Shown one piece after another: positions 8,700-17,952 of a stretch of 64,000 nucleotides of DNA. The stretch comes from an uncultured Ruminiclostridium sp. (GTDB taxonomy: Bacteria > Bacillota > Clostridia > Oscillospirales > Ruminococcaceae): positions 1 to 64,000 of the forward strand of contig CANQKE010000009.1 in assembly GCA_947624435.1 (NCBI GenBank). The letters run 5' to 3'. The number at the start of each line of letters is the position of its first letter. Position 1 is the first letter of the stretch. A program made the translations under genes and the position numbers. The notes beneath the pieces are model-generated. The model saw only the letters and a list, made by a program, of their open reading frames with translations. It searched no databases and was not told where the DNA came from.

Positions 8700-8917
8700 A
8701 CTCTTCTTAAATAAGACTACGAGGCGGAGCTAAGGCTCTGCCTTTTAGTTTGTCAACTATCAATCATTCCCGCAAACACTCTCCTCCCTTGACAATTACC
8801 TATCAATTTAGTATAATTAACTTAAACGGGGTGATCATGTGGAACCTATAGAACAGAATATCAATACGCTGTATCAAAAGCAGGATATTCCCGATGCGGC
8901 GTTAAAAGAGATACTCG
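8655..8917 (+). repeat. direct repeat X2 (copy of 6790..7057) carrying the functional hydE promoter and start
   Basis: See X1. Confidence 0.85.
8722..8750 (+). terminator. rho-independent terminator (copy of the 6853 terminator)
   Basis: GGCGGAGCTAAGGCTCTGCC plus TTTTAGTTTG. Confidence 0.7.
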
Positions 8918-9879
8918 AAACGGATGTATATGACGATCTGCTGTTCTCACTTGCGGATAAGGTAAGGAAAGAGCATTACGGCACCGACGTATATCTGCGC
9001 GGATTGATAGAATTTACCAACTATTGCAAAAATAACTGCTACTATTGCGGAATACGCCGCGATAATACCAAGCTTAAGCGCTATCGCCTGAGCGAAGAAG
9101 AAATACTGTCCTGCTGCGAGGAGGGCTACCGACTGGGCTTTCGCACGTTTGTTTTGCAGGGAGGCGAGGACCCGTATTACACCGACGAGCGTATATGCGG
9201 CATTGTGGCGAATATTCGGCAAAAATTCCCCGACTGCGCGATAACCTTATCAATAGGAGAAAAACCGCGTGAGAGCTATCAGGCGTATTTTGACGCGGGT
9301 GCTGACCGTTATCTTCTGCGGCACGAGACCGCGTCGGGGGAGCATTACGCAAAGCTGCACCCTTCACAGATGAGCCTTGATGATCGCAAGCGCTGCCTGT
9401 TTGATCTGAAAGCTATCGGCTATCAGGTGGGCTCGGGCTTTATGGTGGGATCTCCGTATCAAACCACGGAAAACCTTATCAGCGATCTGCGATTTTTACA
9501 GCAGCTGTCGCCGGACATGATAGGTATAGGGCCGTATATTAAGCATAAGGACACCCCCTTTCGGGATAAGGAAAACGGCAGCTTGGAGCTTACGCTGAGG
9601 CTGGTGGCTATATTAAGGCTGCTGTTCCCGTATGCACTGATACCCGCTACCACCGCGCTGGGCTCTATCCACCCGCAGGGCAGGGAAAGAGGACTGAAAG
9701 CCGGCGCGAACGTCGTAATGCCGAACCTTTCTCCCGTGGGAGTAAGAGAGCTTTACAAGCTGTACGAAAACAAGCTCTGCACCGGAGAGGAGGCCGCCCA
9801 GTGCCGCGGCTGCCTTGAACAAAGGATAATCTCCGCCGGGTATAAAGCGGTCACCTCCCGCGGCGACGTTATCAGATAA
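8839..9879 (+). CDS. hydE: [FeFe]-hydrogenase maturase HydE (radical SAM)
   Basis: GTG start; RGLIEFTNYCKNNCYYCGIRRDN (CxxxCxxC) and LQGGEDPYY, RYLLRHETAS, IGIGPYIKH motifs matching the HydE family; hydG and hydF present at 52680..55322. Confidence 0.9.
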   Translation: MEPIEQNINTLYQKQDIPDAALKEILETDVYDDLLFSLADKVRKEHYGTDVYLRGLIEFTNYCKNNCYYCGIRRDNTKLKRYRLSEEEILSCCEEGYRLGFRTFVLQGGEDPYYTDERICGIVANIRQKFPDCAITLSIGEKPRESYQAYFDAGADRYLLRHETASGEHYAKLHPSQMSLDDRKRCLFDLKAIGYQVGSGFMVGSPYQTTENLISDLRFLQQLSPDMIGIGPYIKHKDTPFRDKENGSLELTLRLVAILRLLFPYALIPATTALGSIHPQGRERGLKAGANVVMPNLSPVGVRELYKLYENKLCTGEEAAQCRGCLEQRIISAGYKAVTSRGDVIR

Positions 9880-9999
9880 ACCGTAAATATTAAAGCTTGA
9901 GCCGGATATTATATGTCCGGCTCGAATCATAACTATTGACCTTTTGAACTAAATATGGTACAATTTTAATAAGCTTTCAAAATATGGCAAGGAGGCTTT

Positions 10000-10548
10000 A
10001 TGGGGAAATATTTATTTACTACAGATAGGCTGGGGCTGCGCCGTTTCAGAGCAGCTGACGCAGAGGATTTCGCGGAGATACTCACCGACGAAGAGGTCAG
10101 CTATTTCGAGCCTTATGATACGTTTGCTAAAGAGGACGCTCTGCTTGAGGCTGAAAAGTTAGACGGCGACGAGAGGTTTTACGCCGTTATACTGAAAGAG
10201 ACCGGCAAGCTTATCGGCAAGATATATTTCGAGGATAAAAAGTTTTTCGGAGCTTATGAGATAGGATATTCCTTTAATCGGAAATTCTGGGGACACGGCT
10301 ACGCTTTAGAGGCGGTACGTGGCGTGATGAATAACGCTTTTGCCTTGGGCGTGCGCAGGATAATCGCCGAGGCCGATGTGCGCAACACCCGCTCGTTAAA
10401 ATTACTGGAGCGGGCGGGCATGAGAAGAGAGGGCGTTTATCTTAAAAGCGCGTATTTTCAAAAAGACGAGAACGGCGAGCCTGTCTGGAGCGATTACGCC
10501 GCCTACGCGATATTAAATGAAGAATGGAACGGTTCTGTCCCGGGCTGA
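10000..10548 (+). CDS. GNAT family N-acetyltransferase (RimJ/RimL-like)
   Basis: GNAT motif GHGYALEAVRGVMNNAF; SD AAGGAGG. Confidence 0.85.
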   Translation: MGKYLFTTDRLGLRRFRAADAEDFAEILTDEEVSYFEPYDTFAKEDALLEAEKLDGDERFYAVILKETGKLIGKIYFEDKKFFGAYEIGYSFNRKFWGHGYALEAVRGVMNNAFALGVRRIIAEADVRNTRSLKLLERAGMRREGVYLKSAYFQKDENGEPVWSDYAAYAILNEEWNGSVPG

Positions 10549-10644
10549 AATACAGACGATATTTTGACCACGCCGGAAAATTACCGACTGTGATCTACAG
10601 ATAAAAACTTCTTAGCGATAATATATTCATAGCAGGAGGGAAAT

Positions 10645-11220
10645 ATGAACAAATCACTTGACGCACAAACAGCGCTCCAAAAGCTGATGGAGGGAAATAC
10701 CCGCTATCTTACAGCAAAAAGCTGCGGCGGGGACATTTCCCCGGAAATAAGGAAGAAAACGCACGATGAAGGGCAATCGCCGTATGCGATAATAATAACC
10801 TGCTCCGATTCGCGCGTGATACCGGAGAGCATTTTCGACGCGGGTATAGGCGAGTTGTTCGTTATCCGCGTGGCGGGAAACGTGATAGATAAGCACCAGC
10901 TCGGCAGTATCGAGTACGCGGCGGAGCATTTGGGCTGTCGGCTTGTGCTGGTAATGGGACATGACAGGTGCGGCGCGGTGGACGCGGCGATAAATCACGA
11001 ACCAGCGAATAATATAAAGTACATCACCGATGAGATAAAAAAGGCGATAGGAAACGTCACCGACGAGTGCGAAGCATGCCGGCTCAACGTGCTGCACAGC
11101 ATTGAGGTAATTGAAAACAGTATTGAGATAAAGGCGGAGGAACGACATGGCCTTGAGGTACGAGGCGCGCTGTATCACACAGAGGATGGCAGGGTGGAAC
11201 TTATCAGCACGGGGAAATAA
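10645..11220 (+). CDS. beta-class carbonic anhydrase
   Basis: CSDSRV and GHDRCGAV zinc-ligand motifs. Confidence 0.85.
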   Translation: MNKSLDAQTALQKLMEGNTRYLTAKSCGGDISPEIRKKTHDEGQSPYAIIITCSDSRVIPESIFDAGIGELFVIRVAGNVIDKHQLGSIEYAAEHLGCRLVLVMGHDRCGAVDAAINHEPANNIKYITDEIKKAIGNVTDECEACRLNVLHSIEVIENSIEIKAEERHGLEVRGALYHTEDGRVELISTGK

Positions 11221-11247
11221 TCAACAGGCTGATATGTCGGAGGAAAT

Positions 11248-12642
11248 ATGGACAAAACATCAAAACGCAACTCTTTTACCGGCTCGCTGGGCTTTGTTTT
11301 GGCGGCGGCGAGCAGCGCGGTCGGACTGGGCAATATCTGGAGGTTTCCTTACCTTGCCGCAAAGGACGGCGGCGGGTTGTTTCTGGTAATATATATCATA
11401 CTGGCGCTGACTTTCGGATATACTCTGCTGATAACGGAAATAGCGATAGGCAGGCGCACCAAGCAAAGCCCGCTCACAGCTTACGGAAAACTGCACCCGA
11501 AGTGGAAAGGCTTGGGTATAGTAGCCTGCATAGTGCCGGTCATAATACTGCCGTATTACTGCGTGATAGGCGGCTGGGTAGTTAAATATTCTCTGGTTTA
11601 TCTTACCTGGGGAGGAGAACAGGCGGCGCAGGACGGCTTTTTTAACGGGTTTATCTCCGGTACCGGAGAGCCGATGATCATGACGGTGATATTTTTGCTT
11701 GCCGTAGCGTTCGTAGTTTACAGAGGTGTGAACAAAGGCATAGAGACTACCTCTAAAATACTTATGCCTTTGCTGCTGATAATGGTGGTAGTGATAGCGA
11801 TATTTTCGCTTACGATAACTCATACCGACGAAAGCGGCGCAACACGCACGGGGCTTGAGGGGCTTAGCATATATATTATCCCAAATTTTGACGGTCTTAC
11901 GGTGGGAAGCTTTTTCACGACCTTGCTGGACGCTATGGGGCAGCTGTTTTTCAGCCTCAGCGTTGCTATGGGGATAATGATAGCCTACGGCTCGTATGTG
12001 AACGATAACGCCAACCTAAAGACCTCCATCAACCGCATTGAGATATTCGATACCTTAGTCGCGTTCCTTGCCGGAGTTATGATAATACCGGCGGTTTACA
12101 CCTTTGCGGGGACCGAGGGCATGGCGGCTTCCGGACCGGGACTGATGTTCGTAACCATGCCGAAGGTGTTTTCTTCTATGGGAGATGTGGGGCATATAGT
12201 AGGCATATTGTTTTTCGTGATGATACTTTTCGCCGCGCTTACCAGTGCTATCTCCATAATGGAGGCCGTAGTTTCCAGCCTTATGGACGAATTTCATATA
12301 TCCCGCAGAAAAGCGGTAGCTATAGAAACATTGATAGCTCTTGCGGGAGCGGTGCTTGTATGCTTAGGTTATAATCTTTTATATTTCGAGCTGCCGCTGC
12401 CGAACGGCTCTGCCGCGCAGATACTCGACCTTATGGATTATATCAGCAACAACGTTTTAATGCCGCTGGTGGAGATAGGCACCTGTATCCTTATAGGCTG
12501 GGTGGTAAAGCCGAAGCTTATTATAGACGAGGTGGAAAAAACCGGCTGCGTAATGGGCAGAAAGGCTATGTATATCGCGATGATAAAATACATCGCACCA
12601 ATAATGCTGGCAGTATTGTTCATAAAATCGGTAGGTGTGTGA
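11248..12642 (+). CDS. sodium-dependent transporter, NSS (SNF) family
   Basis: GLGNIWRFPY signature; 11-12 TM segments. Confidence 0.9.
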   Translation: MDKTSKRNSFTGSLGFVLAAASSAVGLGNIWRFPYLAAKDGGGLFLVIYIILALTFGYTLLITEIAIGRRTKQSPLTAYGKLHPKWKGLGIVACIVPVIILPYYCVIGGWVVKYSLVYLTWGGEQAAQDGFFNGFISGTGEPMIMTVIFLLAVAFVVYRGVNKGIETTSKILMPLLLIMVVVIAIFSLTITHTDESGATRTGLEGLSIYIIPNFDGLTVGSFFTTLLDAMGQLFFSLSVAMGIMIAYGSYVNDNANLKTSINRIEIFDTLVAFLAGVMIIPAVYTFAGTEGMAASGPGLMFVTMPKVFSSMGDVGHIVGILFFVMILFAALTSAISIMEAVVSSLMDEFHISRRKAVAIETLIALAGAVLVCLGYNLLYFELPLPNGSAAQILDLMDYISNNVLMPLVEIGTCILIGWVVKPKLIIDEVEKTGCVMGRKAMYIAMIKYIAPIMLAVLFIKSVGV

Positions 12643-12694
12643 ACAGATTCTGCTTATATAAAATACTCTATTAAAACGAAAGAAAGGACAAAAA

Positions 12695-13546
12695 ATGTTA
12701 GGACTTGTGCTTGAAGGCGGAGCGATGCGTGGAATGTTCACCGCGGGCGTTACGGACGTTATGATGGAAAACGATATCGTGTTCGACGGAGCGGTAGGCG
12801 TGTCCGCCGGCGCGGCGTTCGGCTGCAATTACAAATCAAAGCAGCCGGGCAGAGTGATACGCTACAACACCGCATACTGCCGCGACTGGCGCTATTGCAG
12901 CCTGCGTTCATTGATAAAGACCGGCGACCTGTACGGCGAAAAGTTCTGTTATTACGAGATACCGGAAAAGCTGGATATTTTTGACGTTGAGGCGTACCGC
13001 GCGAACCCTATGGATTTTTATGTCGTCTGCACCGACGTGGAGACCGGAGAGCCGGTATACCGCCTTTTGCCGAACGGCAGCGGGGAGGATCTCCAATGGA
13101 TGCGCGCGTCCGCGTCTATGCCGATGGTATCGCGTATAGTGGAGCTTGACGGGAAAAAGCTGCTGGACGGCGGTATCTCCGACAGCATACCTCTTAAATT
13201 TTTCGAGGGGCTGGGCTATGACCGAAACGTCGTGGTGCTCACCCGACCTGCGGATTACATCAAGGAAAAGAATAAGTTTTTGCCCGTGCTTAAGCTTACC
13301 ATGCGAAAGTACCCGAATTTTATAAAAGCGGTGGCGGATCGCCATCTTCGCTATAACCGCACTTTGGAATACATACGCGAGCGGGAGCGCGAGGGCGATA
13401 TTTTCGTGATACGCCCCGACGGACCGCTTAATATAGGCTCGGCAGAGCATGACCCCGCTGAGCTTAAACGCGTGTATAAGCTCGGCAAGGACGCTGCGGA
13501 ACGCGTATTGCCTCAGCTTATCGAATTTGTAGGAGCAAGCAAATGA
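12695..13546 (+). CDS. patatin-like phospholipase
   Basis: GGAMRG oxyanion motif, GVSAGA (GxSxG), DGG catalytic Asp. Confidence 0.85.
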   Translation: MLGLVLEGGAMRGMFTAGVTDVMMENDIVFDGAVGVSAGAAFGCNYKSKQPGRVIRYNTAYCRDWRYCSLRSLIKTGDLYGEKFCYYEIPEKLDIFDVEAYRANPMDFYVVCTDVETGEPVYRLLPNGSGEDLQWMRASASMPMVSRIVELDGKKLLDGGISDSIPLKFFEGLGYDRNVVVLTRPADYIKEKNKFLPVLKLTMRKYPNFIKAVADRHLRYNRTLEYIREREREGDIFVIRPDGPLNIGSAEHDPAELKRVYKLGKDAAERVLPQLIEFVGASK

Positions 13547-14349
13547 GGGAATGTTACGAGCTTTTCCGCCGCGTTATGCCGGATTATCCAACGGATATGG
13601 ATACCTTTTGCGGCTGCCTTAAATCTGCACATTTTTTCTACAGCGGCACAAGAGGATCGTTAAAGGGTTTTTGCGCGGTAAACAAAGGCAGCATAACACT
13701 GCTGTGCGTGGATAGCGTTCATCAAAACCAAGGGATAGGAACATGTTTACTGCATCAGGCAGAGGAATATATTCGCAAAAACGGCATGGATACCGTCACG
13801 CTCGGAAACGGGGATAATTTTCTGCTTCAGGGTGTGCCTGAAATCAGCGGCGGATTTTTTGAAAAACACGGCTACGTCAGCGATTGGACAAGCTATAACA
13901 TGGTGCTGGAGAAGAACGATTTCACGCCGGAAAAGATACATCCTGCGCCGCTGGGAACGGTGTTCCGTTTGGCAAAGGAAAGCGACCTGCCGAAGCTTTT
14001 GGACGCGGTAAAGGCTGCCGAACCGGAATGGCTCCCGCTGTTTGAGCATGAACACGGGGACGTCCTTATTGCCGAGTATAACGGCGAGTTGGTGGGCTTT
14101 GAAATGCTGGGCAAGGGCAGCACCTTCTGCGGTAACGAGCAAGCGGGATATATCGGCTGCGTCGGCGTTATCCCGAAAGCCAGGCGGCAGGGGATAGGGC
14201 TTTCGATGGTGGCCGAGGGCGCGGCGCGGCTTTTTTCAAACGGCTGTTACAGGATAGAATTGCTTTACGTCGAGCTTATCGACTGGTACGGCAGACTCGG
14301 CTTTGTGCCGGTGCAGCCGCAGCTAATGATGAATAAAAGGCTTAAATAA
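13543..14349 (+). CDS. GNAT family acetyltransferase (tandem GNAT domains), start overlaps the patatin stop (ATGA)
   Basis: QNQGIGTCLL and RRQGIGLSM acetyl-CoA binding motifs. Confidence 0.75.
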   Translation: MRECYELFRRVMPDYPTDMDTFCGCLKSAHFFYSGTRGSLKGFCAVNKGSITLLCVDSVHQNQGIGTCLLHQAEEYIRKNGMDTVTLGNGDNFLLQGVPEISGGFFEKHGYVSDWTSYNMVLEKNDFTPEKIHPAPLGTVFRLAKESDLPKLLDAVKAAEPEWLPLFEHEHGDVLIAEYNGELVGFEMLGKGSTFCGNEQAGYIGCVGVIPKARRQGIGLSMVAEGAARLFSNGCYRIELLYVELIDWYGRLGFVPVQPQLMMNKRLK

Positions 14350-14377
14350 ATTGCTTTCGCTTTCAAATTTTCTCCTT

Positions 14378-14412
14378 CGGCTTTAAGGCTGCGGGAGAAA
14401 ATTTTTATATCA
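14378..14412 (+). terminator. rho-independent terminator
   Basis: AAATTTTCTCC..GGAGAAAATTT stem followed by TTTTAT. Confidence 0.6.
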
Positions 14413-14428
14413 AAACTTAAAAAAACTA

Positions 14429-14457
14429 TTGCAAATCTTTGCAATAAATGTTATACT
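14429..14457 (+). promoter_or_regulatory. candidate promoter TTGCAA-17-TATACT driving the structured leader and the GGDEF/EAL gene
   Basis: Hexamers with 17-nt spacing, about 80 nt upstream of the leader helix. Confidence 0.45.
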
Positions 14458-14535
14458 TTTATACAATGGGGTCAAAGGTGCGTTTTTGTGATTTTTCGGA
14501 TGGTATCGTTTACATAAAAACGCAATATTTTCCCG

Positions 14536-14814
14536 TAGGCATGCGGGAATTGAACCCGAGCCGCCTCACGCCGATTCTTTTGGGCTATTTTTGCCCCTTG
14601 CTCCTTGACAGGCGCCAGCCTGCCTGCGTCGCAAGGAACAAAACTATCTCCAAAATTTTTCGCCGTGAGGTGCACAGCAGTTTTTACGGAGCAGATTTTC
14701 GTCAAGACAAGGAGACCGAACGAAGGCATACTTGCGTATGTCGAGCGAGGTCGACGCAGTATTGGCGGAAAGATGCCCGTAAAAACCGACTTGGGTTCGG
14801 TTCCTGCATGCCTA
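14536..14814 (+). ncRNA. candidate structured cis-regulatory leader RNA (about 280 nt) closed by a 26-bp helix; class unassigned
   Basis: 14536-14560 pairs with 14790-14814 (TAGGCATGCGGGAATTGAACCCGAG / CTTGGGTTCGGTTCCTGCATGCCTA) with 4 G.U pairs valid only on the + strand; internal helices 14562-14570/14664-14672 and hairpin CAGGCGCCAGCCTG; SD at 14826 immediately downstream. Confidence 0.45.
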
Positions 14815-14841
14815 ATCATCCAAGAAAGGAGCTGACACGGC

Positions 14842-17124
14842 GTGAACAAAGGTCTTAAGAAAAACATGACCAAGTCGGTTTTGCTGACTGTTGCGATAAT
14901 AGTTTCGATAGTGGCTTTTGCGACTATAGCGACCACGTTCATGCTGTATGTTTACGGTCAGCTCAATTCCGTAACGGACGAATACGTCGAGGAGATAACC
15001 AACCGCAAGACGGATTATGTAAACACTCTTTTGGAAAACGATATGAAGCTTGTACAGAATCTTTCCTCGTCGCTTTCGGATTACGAAAATCTCGACGAAA
15101 AAATAATAGACTCCACGCTCGAAAGGATAACCCAAATAAACGGCTATCTGAACTTTATACTTATAAAACCGGACGGCGAAGTTATTTCTTACAGAAACGA
15201 GGATATAAACGTAGCCAGCAGAGTCTATTTCAAGACCGCTTTGCAGGGCGAGGCTTATATTTCCAAGCCTATTTTCAGCAATCCCGACAACAGCATGGCA
15301 AACGTCATTTCCGCGCCGATATACAATGACTCTAAAATAGTCGGCGTTGTGGCGGGACTTCGCAGCGTGAACGATTATTCCAACGAGATAAACCTTGCGG
15401 TACGCGGAGTTGAAAACAACGCAAACGGCTATATCGTAAACACCGACGGCGATATTATCATAAGCGGCACTAAGCTGCTGCCGGACGCCGTTATCCCGAA
15501 CGAGGAGGAGAGCTTTTTTGACAGCGCTCTTATAAGCGCGGCGGGCGAAAACGAACGCCAAAGAGTTGTAGATGATTTTACTAAAAAGGATTCTGCCGGC
15601 TCTGTAAAGATGACGGTAGACGGAAAACAATATATCGTGTATTATACCGACCTCGCCACCGATCCCGATCTGCACTATGTGGTGGTTTTCGATGAGTCAA
15701 CGGTATTCAACGACCTGTTCAGATACATGGAGAGCAACCTTGTCATGTATCTGGTATTCCTCGGCGTTCTTATAATCATGGCGCTGGCGTATTTCCTTAT
15801 CATGCACACCAGCCTGCGCTCGCTGGGAAACGCAAACGAGCTTATGAGCAAGGTAGCTTATGAGGATTCAATAACCGGCTTTAGTACATACAACAAGTTT
15901 GAAGAGGATATAAAAGAACTGCTCCAGCATGATTACCGGCGTTATTGCCTTGTAAGCTTCGATATAGATAAATTCAAGGCGATAAACGATATGTTCGGTC
16001 ATGAAGAGGGCAACCGTATGCTAAGGCTGGTCGCGGAAACGGTGCAGCGCAATCTTCTGGACTGGGAGACCTTTGCCAGAATAAATTCCGACAACTTCGT
16101 TATCCTGTTGTCTTATAAGGACGATGCGGATATAAACGACAGGATAAGAAAGATAATATCGGCGATAAGCTATGAATTTTCGGATTATGTTCCGGTATTG
16201 TCCTTCGGCGTTTACAGGATAGTGGATAAGAACGTATCGCTCAGGCGTATGACAGACTGCGCGGATATCGCAAGACGCACCGTGAAATATCGGGAGGAAA
16301 GCAGTGTCGCTTACTTTACCGACGCTATGCTGGAAAGCATGCGTGAGGAAAAGGCTATAGAAAATGAAATGCAGAACGCTCTGGATACCCACGAGTTTTC
16401 ACTGTATCTTCAGCCGAAATTCTCGCTCAGCGGTCCTCCGGTGCTGACCGGCGCGGAGGCGTTGGTGCGCTGGATACGCAAGGGCAGCGTAGTATCGCCC
16501 GGAAAGTTTATCCCGCTGTTTGAAAAGAACAGATTTATAATCAAGCTTGACTATTACATTCTCGATCAGGTATGCCGCTGCCTAAAAAAATGGGAGAGCG
16601 AGGGCATACCGAGCATACTTATCTCGGTAAACATGTCAAGAGTACATTTGCGCGACCCCGGCTTTGTGGATAAGCTGGAGGAGATATGCAAAACTCACGG
16701 CGTCGCTCCGTCTATGATAGAGATAGAGATAACCGAAAGCGCGGCATACGACTCTATGGACGTGCTGATAGATGTGGTACACGACCTTAAGAACCGAGGA
16801 TTCCATATTTCTATCGACGATTTCGGTTCGGGCTATTCGTCGCTGAATATGCTCAAAGACTTACCGGTCGACGTGCTCAAAATAGACAGGGTGTTCCTTA
16901 CCGAAACGAATAATAAGCGCGCTAACGACATTATAGGCCACGTTATCAAAATGGCGCGCACGCTCGGCATGGAAACTATATGCGAGGGCATTGAAACGGA
17001 CGAGCAGGCTCAGCTGCTGCGCTCGCTCGGCTGCGATATGGCGCAGGGCTTCTTCTTCGCAAAGCCTATGCCGTATACCGACTTTGAACGCATTATAGAG
17101 CGTTCTCACAATATAAATCACTGA
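14842..17124 (+). CDS. membrane sensor c-di-GMP phosphodiesterase: N-terminal TM plus Cache-like periplasmic domain, degenerate GGDEF (NSDNF), intact EAL
   Basis: GTG start 9 nt after AAAGGAG; EAL motifs AEALVRW, DDFGSGYSSL, KIDRVF; GGDEF position reads RINSDNF. Confidence 0.85.
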   Translation: MNKGLKKNMTKSVLLTVAIIVSIVAFATIATTFMLYVYGQLNSVTDEYVEEITNRKTDYVNTLLENDMKLVQNLSSSLSDYENLDEKIIDSTLERITQINGYLNFILIKPDGEVISYRNEDINVASRVYFKTALQGEAYISKPIFSNPDNSMANVISAPIYNDSKIVGVVAGLRSVNDYSNEINLAVRGVENNANGYIVNTDGDIIISGTKLLPDAVIPNEEESFFDSALISAAGENERQRVVDDFTKKDSAGSVKMTVDGKQYIVYYTDLATDPDLHYVVVFDESTVFNDLFRYMESNLVMYLVFLGVLIIMALAYFLIMHTSLRSLGNANELMSKVAYEDSITGFSTYNKFEEDIKELLQHDYRRYCLVSFDIDKFKAINDMFGHEEGNRMLRLVAETVQRNLLDWETFARINSDNFVILLSYKDDADINDRIRKIISAISYEFSDYVPVLSFGVYRIVDKNVSLRRMTDCADIARRTVKYREESSVAYFTDAMLESMREEKAIENEMQNALDTHEFSLYLQPKFSLSGPPVLTGAEALVRWIRKGSVVSPGKFIPLFEKNRFIIKLDYYILDQVCRCLKKWESEGIPSILISVNMSRVHLRDPGFVDKLEEICKTHGVAPSMIEIEITESAAYDSMDVLIDVVHDLKNRGFHISIDDFGSGYSSLNMLKDLPVDVLKIDRVFLTETNNKRANDIIGHVIKMARTLGMETICEGIETDEQAQLLRSLGCDMAQGFFFAKPMPYTDFERIIERSHNINH

Positions 17125-17140
17125 TTGCAGGAGCTTAGAT

Positions 17141-17737
17141 ATGGGGTTTGACGCTGCGGCGACAGAGAGGATCGCCGGGATAATAAACGATACCGCCAAG
17201 GCGGCCGCCGAAGCATTGAAATATGTATACGCCGCTTGCGATGATTACTACAAAATAAATATCCGCGATATTTTTTCTGCCGCTTTGGAGGATATAACCT
17301 CTTGCTCGCAGGTAAACGCGCTGGGCATAAAGCCGGATATACTGACCGAGGGGATATTTGCCGCAGATAATCTCAACGAGCTGGCAAAGCTGATAGGGTA
17401 CTCCTTTGCGGTCCGTATACCGTTTATCATAAAGCAGACGGGCTCTGCCGACGCAAAACAACTTCGCCGGCTTTACGATCAGGTAATAGCAAACGGCGCG
17501 GATAACGTAGGCGGCGCGGTGCGTGAGACCTTTGAGGAAAATCTGCGCCTTTCAAAAGGCTTAAAATTTTTCCCGCCGCAGGATACCCGATGGGTGGGCA
17601 GATATATTTATAACTACCGCACCGAGCTTGCACAGATAAACAACCGGAATCTGTATTTTTCCGGCTGTGCAAACGCGCTGATGACGCTTTATTACGACAG
17701 GCTTGATCAGATGATATCCGGTCTGTCGGGCACATAA
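17141..17737 (+). CDS. hypothetical protein
   Basis: ORF with SD GGAG; no recognised motifs. Confidence 0.45.
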   Translation: MGFDAAATERIAGIINDTAKAAAEALKYVYAACDDYYKINIRDIFSAALEDITSCSQVNALGIKPDILTEGIFAADNLNELAKLIGYSFAVRIPFIIKQTGSADAKQLRRLYDQVIANGADNVGGAVRETFEENLRLSKGLKFFPPQDTRWVGRYIYNYRTELAQINNRNLYFSGCANALMTLYYDRLDQMISGLSGT

Positions 17738-17763
17738 CATTTTCACGGGAGAGTGAGGTAACT

Positions 17764-17907
17764 ATGTCGGAAGACAAAAAAAGAACCGAAGAACAGACGG
17801 TTGACGAGCAAAACCGCGACGCGGCCAAAAAAGAAGAAAAGATCTGGGATATGAAACAGGAGCTTGAGGATTACCTCGAAGAGCAGGGAATATATATAAG
17901 ACAATGA
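17764..17907 (+). CDS. small acidic hypothetical protein (47 aa), below the ORF-track length cutoff
   Basis: ATG with SD GGGAGAGTGAGG; ends just before a bidirectional terminator. Confidence 0.3.
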   Translation: MSEDKKRTEEQTVDEQNRDAAKKEEKIWDMKQELEDYLEEQGIYIRQ

Positions 17908-17912
17908 AAATC

Positions 17913-17950
17913 GGTAAGTATGCAATGGGGCGTACTTACCGATAAATTAT
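17913..17950. terminator. bidirectional rho-independent terminator between convergent genes
   Basis: CGGTAAGTA..TACTTACCG stem with T-run on the + side. Confidence 0.6.
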
Positions 17951-17952
17951 TG

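Noticed and set aside
6700-8700. LPXTG/sortase signal on the two surface proteins
   Set aside because: No LPXTG, NPQTN or (S/P)PxTG consistently positioned before the hydrophobic helix. NPGTG and SPNT-I do not match each other or known motifs.
14538-14560. tRNA-like T-arm sequence (revcomp CGGGTTCAATTCCCG) suggesting a tRNA or tmRNA
   Set aside because: No D-arm or anticodon arm, and no matching acceptor 5' strand at tRNA distance. The segment is instead one strand of a long helix pairing with 14790-14812. No convincing tmRNA tag-reading frame ending in ..ALAA.
14448-14942. ORFs 14448..14858 (+) and 14472..14942 (-) covering the intergenic region upstream of the GGDEF/EAL gene
   Set aside because: Both are Arg/Cys-rich with unbiased composition. 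The region is better explained as a structured RNA leader with a 26-bp closing helix. The minus ORF also overlaps the real gene start.
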